Of a stretch of 64,000 bases of DNA, positions 13,060 to 23,862 are shown one piece after another. The stretch is taken from the NCBI RefSeq assembly GCF_032191835.1, contig NC_083237.1, positions 29,698,001 through 29,762,000 on the forward strand. Direction: 5' to 3'. Made by a program: the position numbers and the translations under genes. The number at the start of each line of letters is the position of its first letter. The stretch's first letter is position 1. The stretch is from Heteronotia binoei. Its lineage: Eukaryota. A model generated the notes under the pieces. The model did not search any database and was not told where the DNA came from. It was given only the letters and a program-made list of their open reading frames with translations.

Positions 13060-13352
13060 AAAGGGAGATGCGCCGCGTGTTAAAAAGGAAGAGATGAATG
13101 GGCATCTATCCACTCGGCTCCACCTCCAGCACCCGACCCGCTCACTACGCACGCGCGGCAGCGAAAGGCGACATCCGCTTATCCAGGCAGACGGAAAGAT
13201 CGGTGCGCCCTTGCTTCAATTAGGCGCCTGCGCAAAACGGCGAGCCTTGGGCGGGCGTCCTATCCGGAAGTGTGGGAGGGGCCAAGGAGAGTGAAAGTAT
13301 AAAAAGGCCACGTGGCGCGAATTTGTTCTTTTTCGATGGCGCCGGGAAGGTG
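13060..13352 (+). promoter_or_regulatory. CpG-rich promoter with NRF1, GC box, ETS/GABP, TATA, E-box, TCT/5'TOP initiator and YY1 core
   Basis: GCGCCTGCGCA 13224-13234; GGGCGG 13249-13254; CCGGAAGT 13264-13271; TATAAAAA 13298-13305; CACGTG 13309-13314; CTTTTTC starts at 13328, 30 nt after the TATA start; GATGGCG 13335-13341; donor GTGAGT 13353. Confidence 0.85.
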
Positions 13353-14399
13353 GTGAGTCTGGGGGGTTCAAAAAGGTGCAGGCGAACCGGGTTTTCTTTG
13401 TCCCCGCCCTTAGTGCCTATAGCAGTCACAGTCATTCAGCTGCAGTTTGATTTCACTGTGCAATCCAACCGGTGAAGCTCATCCTAGCTCTAAAAACGGA
13501 CAGCGGAACCTTTGGGATTTCTGCCCGGCTAGAGGTCGAAAATGGCAAGGTTGGAATGGGCGATGGGCATGGAAGGCGGGGAGGTGTATGGGGCTATCTG
13601 GACTCCTTAGGAGTAAAGGGGAAAAGGAGCGGATTAAGAAGCCGCTGCTGGGACGTAAACGTGGCGAGAGAGTCTTAAATACAGGAGAGAGGTTATTTCG
13701 GCGTCAAGGTGCTAAAGCTAAATTCCATAAGGTGGTGGTGGCGCTGAAATTAAGGTGGGAGAAAGAGATGCATGGTAAGGGGGAGTTGGGAGGGGCTTCA
13801 GCAAGGTGATCCTGTGAAAGAACTGAAAGGTGGTGCTGTGAGTGTGGGGAGAAGGCAAAGCATACTCTTCTGTAGGACTAAAGAACAACACTTAAGAGCA
13901 GAATTACATGTGTAAAAGGAATCAAGGTGGGGTGATGGGGGTTCCTGGCACATGTGAATAATTACACATCTTGTGTCTTACTTGCAGGAGCTTTTCTTTT
14001 CACTCTTCTCTGTTCCAAGCAATGAAGCAAGAATTGAAGGCTGCCAGCCATTTTGTGATGTTACTGTACTGGGTAAGCATTCCCTGGGAGGGCATGCATC
14101 TTCAGGCTGTGGTCCAGTGATGTGTGGGGTCCCATTAGGGGATTGTCTGCAGAAAAATCTGTAGTTGGGTGAGGCTGCACTGTTCAGCTTTCCCCTTTGA
14201 GGTACAGCTGCGTGTGTTGGGTTTTGTGCTTTGGTTTTGTGCTGGTAGTTCATACAGGATGACAGTCAGACCAAGACAGAGGCCTGGCCCAGCACCGAAA
14301 GTAGAAAGCTTTCCACTTCAGTCTTCCCTTATTGCTTCTTTTCAGAGATTGCTGTCAATAAAAGATGTTGATGACAGCTTATAGGCGTCAGCAGGATCC

Positions 14400-14478
14400 C
14401 TTCCATGATGTTAGCACTGGGCTCGGATTACTGTGACGATGACTGTGCCCCCCTAGACATTATGGGGGACTGAGGAGC
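14400..14478 (+). ncRNA. SNORD88: C/D box snoRNA, SNORD88 (HBII-180) family, copy 1
   Basis: C box ATGATGT 14405-14411; guide AGCACTGGGC then D' CGGA; internal C-run/G-run stem; D box CTGA 14470-14473; terminal tcc/gga stem. Guide complements the 28S rRNA sequence GCCCAGUGCU. Confidence 0.88.
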
Positions 14479-15154
14479 AAAATCCCTGCTTATTCCAGGT
14501 TTCCACCTTTTTCTCCTTTCAGTGTTTCCTTACCAGTGTGGGAATTATTGGCCTTGATTAGTCAGGAGTCCCTTACCTTTCCCTATAGTTTAAGTCTTGG
14601 TCCTTAAAAGGAATTCTAATGGATATAACTGGTTGAATACAGAACTGTGTGTGTTAATTTAAGAAGATGAAGTTTTGTGGAGGCAGGTTCAAAGTGCATG
14701 TTCCAAGGGTGGGGTTAGGGGGAAGCCAAGACAATAATTTAGGAAGTCAAGAATGCTGTTTTCTTCTGCCCTTCTCGCAGAGCCATGCATTTTGATTGTG
14801 AATGGGGGGGAGGAGGTAACCATCTTTCTCTTCTCCCTTTCTCCAGCCTATTCAGGAGGGTTCCTGACATAGTGAGAGACTGAATAGATTGAGAATTCCT
14901 ATTAGTGTCTAGCTGTTAACTACAGTTGCTTTTTCTTGGTAGATGGCGTTAATCATTTTGCATGTGGTCCCAGCATTAGCCCCAGGATGAAGATGGCCAC
15001 TTTATATGAATATGGCTGCCTTTGGGGGTGTTCACTGTTGGAATAAGGTAAGAAAGGTTGTCTGGCATTTGCTTGGGGTGACAGGGAGGAGAGATGTGGA
15101 AGAAAGATGCTGGAGTTAGCAACGCAGCAAAGCTCAAAGTGGAGAAAGGAGACA

Positions 15155-15240
15155 CCCCCAATGATGTCAGCACTGGGCTCTGAGCACTGTGAAGTCACGT
15201 GTGCCTCCTGGGGACTTGACACCCCAGGAGACTGAGGGGG
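15155..15240 (+). ncRNA. SNORD88: C/D box snoRNA, SNORD88 (HBII-180) family, copy 2
   Basis: Terminal stem CCCCC/GGGGG; C box ATGATGT 15161-15167; guide AGCACTGGGC; D' CTGA 15180-15183; 9-bp stem CTCCTGGGG (15205-15213)/CCCCAGGAG (15222-15230); D box CTGA 15232-15235. Confidence 0.92.
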
Positions 15241-16323
15241 TTCTGAATCTGACTATGCTTACATGTATATACCTGGCATGCTGAAGTGGAACAGTTACAG
15301 CCATGGATTCCAAGCCCTGATTCTTCTTTCTTAAAGGGAATGGTTAGATCTGGGGAGACTCCATAAAGTAATCTTGGCCATTCAGTTGATGGTGAGTCTC
15401 TGAATTGTGACCAGCTGGAAATGTGGAATAAAAAATGCCAAAATGTCTATTTCAAAACTTCAGGAAGTGAAGAACTTCTTGAACTTAAATGAACTTCAGA
15501 AAGTGAGAATTTAGAGTGGAAAAACTGCAAGAAGCAATGCATGGGGTTGGACTAGATGGCCTGTATGGCTCCTCCCAACTCTTGTGGCAAATTTTTTTAT
15601 TAGTAACATATGGTAGCAAAACTATATCTACAACTTATAAAAGCTTAAAATGAAAGAAAAAACTTTCTGCCCCACATCTTACTTTTCCCGCACCCCTCCC
15701 CCCGTTACTTGACCCCCGCCAGTGTTATTTACTTAAAGAAAGCAAATATTAAGGGTACCCTTAACTATTAAAAAGAAGAAAGAGAAGAAAAGAAAAAAAA
15801 CCCCAGAAGTTATATTATTATTTTAAAAACCTTAATCATTATCAAAGATTGTCCAATGTCCTTTTATTTTCCACTCTTTTTCTACGTATCTTCTGAATTT
15901 CTTCCACTCCAACTTAAAAAGTTCCAAATCAGAGTCTCTTAATTTTCTTGTTAATTTGTCCATTTCACTCCATGACATAACTTTTGTAATCCAATCCCAT
16001 TTCTCTGGTATTTTTTCTTGCTTCCACAGCTGCGCGTATAATGTCCTAGCAGCTGAGAGCAAGTACCATATTAAAGTTCTGTCTTCTTTTGGAAATTTTT
16101 CCATTTGTAATCCCAGCAGAAAAGTCTCTGCCACTTTATTAAATTCATATCCCAAAATCTTAGAAATCTCTTGCTGAATCATTTGCCAAAACATTTTAGC
16201 CCTTTCACAAGTCCACCACATATGGTAGAAAGAACCTTCATGCTTTTTACATTTCCAACACCTATCTGGCATCTTGTTGTTCATCTTTGCTAATTTTTTT
16301 GGAGTTATATACCATCTATACAT

Positions 16324-19300
16324 GTAATGTAATGTAATGTAATGTAAAATTTTATTTATATCCCGCCCTCCCCGCCGAAGCAGGCTCAGGGCGGCTAACA
16401 GCATTTCAGGTAAACAATAGTAATAAAAACATTAAATTCACATTAAAATTCACATTAAAATCAGTCAATAATCAATAATTAATTAAAACATTCCTAAGTC
16501 AACATTGGCGGTAAACGTTACTAATCTGGCGGTAAACATTAATTCAGTTATTGGTGAACGCCTGTTTGAAGAGGGCGGTCTTGCAGGCCCTGCGGAACTG
16601 GTCTAAGTTCCGCAGGGCCCGCACCTCCTCTGGGAGTTGGTTCCAGAGTTGTGGGGCCGCAACAGAAAAGGCCCGGGTGCGGGTGCTTTGAAGTTTAACT
16701 TCTTTTGGCCCAGGGATATTCAGTCTGCTTTTCCCCACTGACCTCAGTGCTCTCTGGGGCTCATATGGGGAGAGACGGTCCCTCAGGTAGGTCGGTCCTT
16801 GGCCATATAGGGCTTTAAAGGTTATGACCAGCACTTTGTACTGGATCCGGTATACGATTGGCAGCCAGTGCAGTCCGCGCAGCCCTGGCCGTATATGCTC
16901 CCATCTTGGGAGACCAAGTAGCAGCCTGGCCGCCGCGTTCTGCACTAGCTGCAGCTCCCGGGTCCGGTACAGAGGCAGCCCCATGTAGAGAGCGTTACAG
17001 TAGTCCAATCTTGAGGTGACCGTCGCGTGGATCACCATTGCTAGGTCCTGACGCTCTAGGAAAGGGGCCAGCTGCCTCGCCCGCCTCAGGTGGAAGAAGG
17101 CTGATTTGGCAGTGGCTGTTATCTGGGCCTCCATTGATAATGAAGGCTCCAGTAAGACGCCCAGGCTCTTTACCCGCTGCGCCGTCTTCAGCGGCGCCTC
17201 GTCAAAGGCCGGGAGAGATATTTCCTTCCCCAGAGTGCCGCGACCCACATGGAGAACCTCTGTCTTCGCTGGATTTAACTTCAGCCCACTCAGTCTAAGC
17301 CACGTTGCAACAGCCCGCAAAGCCCGATCCAGGTTCCCCGGGGCGGAGGCGGGCCGGCCGTCCATTAGTAAATAGAGCTGGGTGTCATCTGCGTATTGAT
17401 GGCAACCCAGCCCAAATCTCCGGGCAATCTGGGCGAGGGGGCGCATATAGATGTTGAATAACATCGGGGAGAGAACTGCTCCCTGGGGCACCCCACAGTC
17501 TAGTGTGCGCCTCTGGGATCGCTCACCCCCAATCGCCACCCTCTGTCCCCGACCCATGAGGAAGGAGGAAAGCCATTGTAAGGCTAGCCCCTCAACCCCT
17601 ATGTCGGCGAGGCGGTGGATCAGCAACCGATGGTCGACTGTATCAAACGCAGCCGACAGATCTAGTAACATCAGTATTGCCGCACCGCCTCGATCCAGTT
17701 GCCGCTGGAGGTCGTCCACCAAGGCGACCAGGACCGTCTCCGTCCCGTGGCCCGGTCGGAAGCCAGACTGGCACGGGTCTAAGACAGAAGCGTCATCTAG
17801 AAATCTCTGTAGCTGTAACGCCACTGCCCTCTCGATAATTTTACCTAAAAATGGTAAATTGGACACCGGTCGGTAGTTTGCCAATTCGGCCGGGTCTGCT
17901 GTAGGTTTTTTCAAGAGGGGCCGGACCAAGGCCTCTTTCAGAGGCGCTGGAAAATGCCCCTCTAAGAGGGATCTATTTATGATGTCCCGTAGAGGACATC
18001 TAAGCTCCCTCTGGCAGGATTTAATCAGCCAAGAGGGGCAAGGGTCCAAATCACATGTTGTTGGGCGAGCAGCAGAGAGAATTCCATCGACTTCCTCCAG
18101 GCTGAGTGGGTCGAAGTGGTCCAGTACTAAATCTGAAGACAGGCGCGGAGCCTCAGTTTCACTTACTGTGTCTAATGTGATAGGCAGGTCTTGGCGGAGC
18201 GATGAGATTTTATCTGCAAAATATTTCGCAAATGCCTCACAGCCTATTTCTAATTCCCTAATATTTGGTTTGCCTTGTGGCAATGTTATAAGATCTCCAA
18301 TTACTCTAAACAATTGTGCTGGGCGCGATTTTGCAGATGCAATCTTGGCTGCGAAGTATTCTTTCTTTGCAGCCTTGACTGCCATCTCATAAGACCTCAT
18401 AAGCGTTCTATAGGATGTTCTCGTCGCTTCGTCCCGAGTATGCCTCCACCGTCTCTCTAGTCGTCTGAGCCCTTGTTTCAGCTGGCGTAACTCCAAGGTA
18501 TACCATGGTGCCAGCCTCTTGCGAGGGCGCAGAGGGCGCCGAGGTGCAATTTCATCGATAGCCCTGGATAGCTGGCCCTGCCAGACTTCCACCAGGTCAT
18601 CGAGAGAATTGCCAGTGGGCCAGGGATCCCTCAGGGCTGTTTGGAACCGTTCCGGGTCCATCAAGCCCCGGGGGCGAGCCAAAATAGGCTCTCCGCCCAT
18701 ACAGGGTTGGGGCAACGTCTCCATACGGGCCTTAAGGGCTAGGTGGTCCGACCATGGAACCGCTTCAGCCGCGATATCGTTCACCAAAATCCCGGATGCA
18801 AAGATCAGGTCTAATGTGTGCCCGGCCTGATGCGTGGGAGTTGTAACAAATTGAGAGAGCCCCAGTGTCGCCATGGAAGACACTAGGTCCATCGCCTGAG
18901 TGGAGGCCGTGTCATCGGCATGGACATTGAAGTCACCCAGGACCATAAGCCCCGGGAACTCCAATGCCCAGCCCGCCACTGCCTCCAATAGTGATGGTAA
19001 GGCGCTGGCTGGTGCGTTGGGCGTACGGTACACCAGCCAGATCGCCAACCCCTCTCCAACATCCCACGTCAGGCCGGCACATTCAATGCCATCGATCCTT
19101 GGAGCCGGGAGAGCCCGAAAGGTGTAATCCTCCCGTATGAACAACGCTACCCCTCCCCCCCGCCCGTTATTCCGTGACTGGTGAAAGACCGAGTAGCCTG
19201 GGGGGGTCATCTGGGAGAGAGCTACTGTCTCTCCGTCCCGCACCCAGGTCTCGGTCACGCAAGCCAGGTCCACATCCTGTTGGAGTAGAAACTCCTTGAG

Positions 19301-19998
19301 GGTCGAGGTCTTGTTGTTAATAGACCTGGCGTTGCATAACACCAGTGACGGAGACGGGCATTTCCTCTTGGTCCCACTACCTACCACCGTTGGGATGGGA
19401 AGTAGACTAGAAGGTGGCCGAGCACCGTTTTGTCTCTGTCTCCTTCTCTTGTGTATCTGTCTATTCCCACCGTCATATCTTCCCCTCCCCAGGAGCACTG
19501 GAATCCCTTGGGCAGACATCCGCACTTGTCCGGATAGCTCACAGTATGTCCTCTTACGATTGATCTCCTAATCTATCCCTACCTGTTGTTTAACTTGTCC
19601 CCCCCCCCTACCAACTCCTCCTATTCTTGGCTGCTAACTCACTAATTACATCTTAATTTAATTAATTTAATAGCCCAACCCAATCTCCCCTTCTGATCAA
19701 TTAATAAGAAATTATAAATTCAATCGATTCCAGCACAGTTAATAAATAAATAAATACTCCCTCCCACCATTCCTAGTTACTGTGCTAAAATTTGTAAATA
19801 TAGATATATATAAATTAATATATAAATATATTATACATAATCAATCATTAATTAATTGACTAAAATCAAATAAATTAATTAATAACAGTTTTAGTGAAAT
19901 TCATTAGCGGTCAGCAGTCAGTTGGTTCCTGGTTTATAAGTCCAAGTAATCAGTAGAGGGTGGTAGTATATATTGTCGATGGGGTACAGATGTTAGAG
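16324..19998 (-). mobile_element. L2-clade LINE, apparently full length, single intact ORF
   Basis: 993-aa ORF 16544-19525 with APE domain (CNARS, LACVTETW, GDFN, SDH) and RT (LLDLSAAFD, PQG, YADD); 3' end ccgccctgag...gggcgggatataaat followed by a (TTACA)n tail. Confidence 0.93.
16544..19525 (-). CDS. L2 endonuclease/reverse transcriptase ORF
   Basis: Uninterrupted 993-aa ORF with APE and RT motifs. Confidence 0.92.
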   Translation of the reverse strand: MRMSAQGIPVLLGRGRYDGGNRQIHKRRRQRQNGARPPSSLLPIPTVVGSGTKRKCPSPSLVLCNARSINNKTSTLKEFLLQQDVDLACVTETWVRDGETVALSQMTPPGYSVFHQSRNNGRGGGVALFIREDYTFRALPAPRIDGIECAGLTWDVGEGLAIWLVYRTPNAPASALPSLLEAVAGWALEFPGLMVLGDFNVHADDTASTQAMDLVSSMATLGLSQFVTTPTHQAGHTLDLIFASGILVNDIAAEAVPWSDHLALKARMETLPQPCMGGEPILARPRGLMDPERFQTALRDPWPTGNSLDDLVEVWQGQLSRAIDEIAPRRPLRPRKRLAPWYTLELRQLKQGLRRLERRWRHTRDEATRTSYRTLMRSYEMAVKAAKKEYFAAKIASAKSRPAQLFRVIGDLITLPQGKPNIRELEIGCEAFAKYFADKISSLRQDLPITLDTVSETEAPRLSSDLVLDHFDPLSLEEVDGILSAARPTTCDLDPCPSWLIKSCQRELRCPLRDIINRSLLEGHFPAPLKEALVRPLLKKPTADPAELANYRPVSNLPFLGKIIERAVALQLQRFLDDASVLDPCQSGFRPGHGTETVLVALVDDLQRQLDRGGAAILMLLDLSAAFDTVDHRLLIHRLADIGVEGLALQWLSSFLMGRGQRVAIGGERSQRRTLDCGVPQGAVLSPMLFNIYMRPLAQIARRFGLGCHQYADDTQLYLLMDGRPASAPGNLDRALRAVATWLRLSGLKLNPAKTEVLHVGRGTLGKEISLPAFDEAPLKTAQRVKSLGVLLEPSLSMEAQITATAKSAFFHLRRARQLAPFLERQDLAMVIHATVTSRLDYCNALYMGLPLYRTRELQLVQNAAARLLLGLPRWEHIRPGLRGLHWLPIVYRIQYKVLVITFKALYGQGPTYLRDRLSPYEPQRALRSVGKSRLNIPGPKEVKLQSTRTRAFSVAAPQLWNQLPEEVRALRNLDQFRRACKTALFKQAFTNN

Positions 19999-22330
19999 TC
20001 ATCTTAAAACAGTTTTCTTTAATACTATGACATGTTGCAAGTTTCATAGAATTTTTCCACAAATATTCCCAAGATTCCATCTTTATTTCTTTATTTACAT
20101 TAATTGCCCATTTTATCATTTGAGATTTCACTACTTCATCTTCTGTAGACCATTGTAAGAGTAATTTGTATACTTTTGAAATTAATTTCTCATTATCCTC
20201 AAGCAGAACTCTTTCCATTTCTGTTTGCTCCTTCCTTATTCCTAGTTTTAATATCATTCTCCACCAAACTTTTTATTTGTTGCATTTGAAACCAGTCATA
20301 TTTATAACTCAGTTCTTCTGCAGTTTTCAGTTCTATTTTTCCACTTTGTATTTTTAGTATCTGATTGTATGATAGCTGTTTTTCTTTGGCTGTTTTAGCC
20401 GTTATCTTTATCACTTCAGCTGGCACTATCCACAAAGGTCTCCTCTCATCACCATATTTCTTATACTTCATCCATGCATTTAATAGATTACTCCTTATAT
20501 AATGGTGAGAGAAAAGGCCATCCATCTTCTTTTTTCCATAATATAAGTATGCATGCCAGCCAAATTTTTTTCCATGGCCTTCCAACATTAAAAGTTTTTT
20601 ATTTAACAGCGTTATCCATTCTTTCATCCATACTAAACAAACTGCTTCATGATACAGTTTCAAATCTGGTAATTGGAATCCACCTCTCTCTTTTGCATCT
20701 GTCAAGATTTTCATTTTAATCCTTGGTTTCTTCCCAGCCCACACAAATTCTGAGATTTTCCTTCGCCATTTATCGAACTGTTTAGCATCTTTCGCAATGG
20801 GAATAGTTTGAAACAGATACATTATCCTTGGTAGAATGTTCATTTTTATCGCAGCTATTCTGCCCAGCAATGACAAGTTGAGCTTGTTCCATTTTAACAT
20901 ATCTTCCTCTATTCTATGCCATAACTTCTCATAATTATTCTTAAACAAATCCATATTTTTCATTGTTATCTCTACCCCTAGGTACTTTACCTTAGAGGTA
21001 ACTTCACAGCCCGTTAATCTTTGTAATTCTTGTTGTCTATTTATCTGCATATTCTTGCACAAAATTTTAGATTTTTCTTTATTTATGTACAGTCCCGCCA
21101 ACTCCCCAAACTCTTGTATTTTCATTAATAACAAAAGTGTAACTTGTATGGGGTTTTCATTTATAAACATTATGTCATCAGCAAATGCTCTGTACTTGTA
21201 GGTATAGCCTTCTATTTGTAGTCCTACTAGATCTTTTTCTTCTTGAATCTGCATCAATAAGATTTCAAGAGTCATTATGAACAACAATGGTGAAAGCGGG
21301 AGGCTCCTTCCAACTCTGATTGTATGACTGTGTCCAGGGGTGGAATTCTAGCAGAAGCTGCTTTGCATATTAGACCACACACCCCTGATGTAGCCAATCT
21401 TCCAAGAGCTTACAAGGCTCTTTTTGTAAGCTCTTGGAGGATTGGCTACATCAGGGGCATAGCCTAATATGCAAAGGAGCTGCTGCTAGAATTCCACCCT
21501 TGATAGTGTCCCCCATGGCTGTGGAATTTTTCCCTAACGTTCTTGTTGTAAATGTGCCTCATGGGAGAAAAACAGTGTGGAGGGGGGAGACAAATTCTGA
21601 ATGGAAAATAGCAGGGAAGGGGTTAAGTTTTGCTGTTTAAAAAAACAGCATTAGAGTATTGCTTCTTAGTGTGTAACACATATGTAGCCCTACAGAGTAG
21701 CTGTAAGTGATCTGAATGGTGGGATAGATACATGGGAGAAAGCAGAATATGCTTTGCAAAAGCTAATACAATTTGAACAGGTGGCCAATCTCTGTAATTT
21801 TCAGTTTTCAACAGCCTCCACTCAAGGGTGGCAACTAAAGATCACTTATAGAAAGGAGAGCTGCAGTTTGGGACAGACAGATGCATGAAATGGGAAAGAT
21901 GATCAGGGTAAAAATATGGGCAGGGAATTGGTAACAATCTAATACTGATGTTGAGATAGGTCCCAAAATTGTAGAGAAAGGGTAGGGAACTCTGCTTTGC
22001 TAATTAGTTTGCTTTCCACCCTCCCTCTGCAGGTTAGTTATGGAGTCTTCCAAATCCTGGCTTTTTGGTGGTGTTTCTAACCTGATCCGTGTCTGAGAAC
22101 TTGCAGGTATAAGGGGCAGCTTGGGACTGAGGGAAAGGTGAACAAAGTCTGCATGTTGATGTGCCATGTTGGTGTGGGGGGGGGGGACTCGGTTGGGAGA
22201 GATCAGGAGTTAATGGTACAACATCCACAAGCTTTGAGCATTCTGTGTGGTGTTGGAGAGACATTTTTGCAGGTGGAGGTGGAGGCAGCTATTACCCCTT
22301 CTTCCCACACCCAGCACCACTTTACTCAAA

Positions 22331-23808
22331 AGAACATAAGAGAAGCCATGTTGGATTAGGCCAATGGCCCATCCAGTCCAACACTGTCACACAGTGGCAA
22401 ATTTTTTTTATATATATACACACACACACACTGTGGCTAATAGCCACTGACGGACCTCTGCTCCATATTTTTATCTAAACCCCTCTTGAAGGTGGCTATG
22501 CTTGTGGCCGCCACCACCTCCTGTGGCAGTGAATTCCACATGTTAATCACCCTTTGGGTGAAGAAGTACTTCCTTTTATCCGTTTTAACCTGTCTGCTCA
22601 GCAATTTAATCGAATGCCCATGAGTTCTTGTATTGTGAGAAAGGGAGAAAAGTACTTCTTTTTCTACTTTCTCCATCCCATGCATTATCTTGTAAACCTC
22701 TATCATGTCACCCCGCAGTCGACGTTTCTCCAAGCTAAAGAGTTCCAAGCTTTTCAACCTTTCTTCATAGGGAAAGTGTTCCAGCCCTTTAATCATTCTA
22801 GTTGCCCTTTTCTGGACTTTCTCCAATGCTATAATATCCTTTTTGAGGTGCGGCGACCAGAACTGCACACAGTACTCCAAATGAGACCGCACCATCGATT
22901 TATACAGGGGCATTATGATACTGGCTGATTTGTTTTCAATTCCCTTCCTAATAATTCCCAGCATGGCGTTGGCATTTTTTATTGCAAACGCACACTGTCT
23001 TGACATTTTCAGTGAGTTATCTACCACAACCCCAAGATCTCTCTCTTGGTCAGTCTCTGCCAGTTCACAACCCATCAACTTGTATTTGTAGCTGGGATTC
23101 TTGACCCCAATGTGCATTACTTTGCACTTGGCCACATTGAACCGCATCTGCCACGTTGACGCCCACTCACCCAGCCTCAACAGATCCCTTTGGAGTTCTT
23201 CGCAATCCTCTCTGGTTCTCACCACCCTGAACAATTTAGTGTCATCCGCAAACTTGGCCACTTCACTGCTCACTCCCAACTCTAAATCATTTATGAACAA
23301 GTTAAAGAGCATGGGACTCAGTACTGAGCCCTGTGGCACCCCACTGCTTACCGTCCTCCACTGCGAAGACTGCCAATTTATACTCACTCTCTGCTTCCTA
23401 TTACTCAGCCAGTTTTTGATCCACAAGAGGACCTGTCCTTTTACTCCATGACTCTCAAGCTTTCTAAGGAGCCTTTGATGAGGAACTTTATCAAAAGCTT
23501 TCTGGAAGTCAAGGTAAACAACATCTATCGGGTCTCCTTTGTCCACATGTTTGTTCACCCCCTCAAAGAAATGTAACAGGTTAGTGAGGCAAGATCTTCC
23601 CTTACAGAACCCATGCTGAGTATTCCTCAATAACCCGTGTTCATCAATGTGCCTACTCATTGATAATGGTTTCTACCAACTTTCCCGGTATTGAAGTCAG
23701 ACTGACTGGCCTGTAATTTCCCGGATCTCCTCTGGAACCCTTTTTAAAGATGGGGGTGACATTTGCTACCTTCCAGTCCTCAGGAATGGAGGCAGATTTC
23801 AATGAAAG
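22331..23808 (-). mobile_element. CR1 LINE 3' fragment
   Basis: 407-aa ORF 22437-23660 (QHGFCKGRSCLTNL, LDFQKAFD, PQGSVL, FADD, LEKRRLRGD) plus a CR1-type 3' UTR; internal deletion near 23660. Confidence 0.92.
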
Positions 23809-23862
23809 AAATGCAATCTACACAGGATGCAAATAAGAATATTAAGGGGCCAGAATCTTATT

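Larger units (their letters stand above)
13328..15450 (+). ncRNA. Non-coding 5'TOP snoRNA host gene (positional equivalent of human C19orf48)
   Basis: Exon 1 13328-13352; likely exons 14020-14072 and 14943-15047; terminal exon from 15337 with AATAAA 15427-15432. No long ORF. Two intronic SNORD88-type RNAs; tail-to-tail with ACP4 as in human. Internal exon set is tentative. Confidence 0.7.
15583..21301 (-). mobile_element. 5'-truncated L1-clade LINE (ORF2 RT to C-terminal zinc knuckle), split by an L2 insertion
   Basis: ORFs 20199-21287 (FADD), 19934-20257 and 15832-16323 (RCWKC...H...WTC); 16-bp TSD ggctcct(c/t)ccaactct at 15567-15582 and 21302-21317; collinear with the copy at 62347-63627. 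Confidence 0.9.

Noticed and set aside
13336-14372. ATG in host exon 1 opening MAPGRCNEARIEGCQPFCDVTVL...
   Set aside because: The ATG is part of the YY1 core; with the 14346 acceptor the frame closes after about 31 codons, and there is no homology. Treated as non-coding.
17038-19571. Several plus-strand ORFs of 75-141 aa
   Set aside because: Antisense shadows of the GC-rich L2 ORF.
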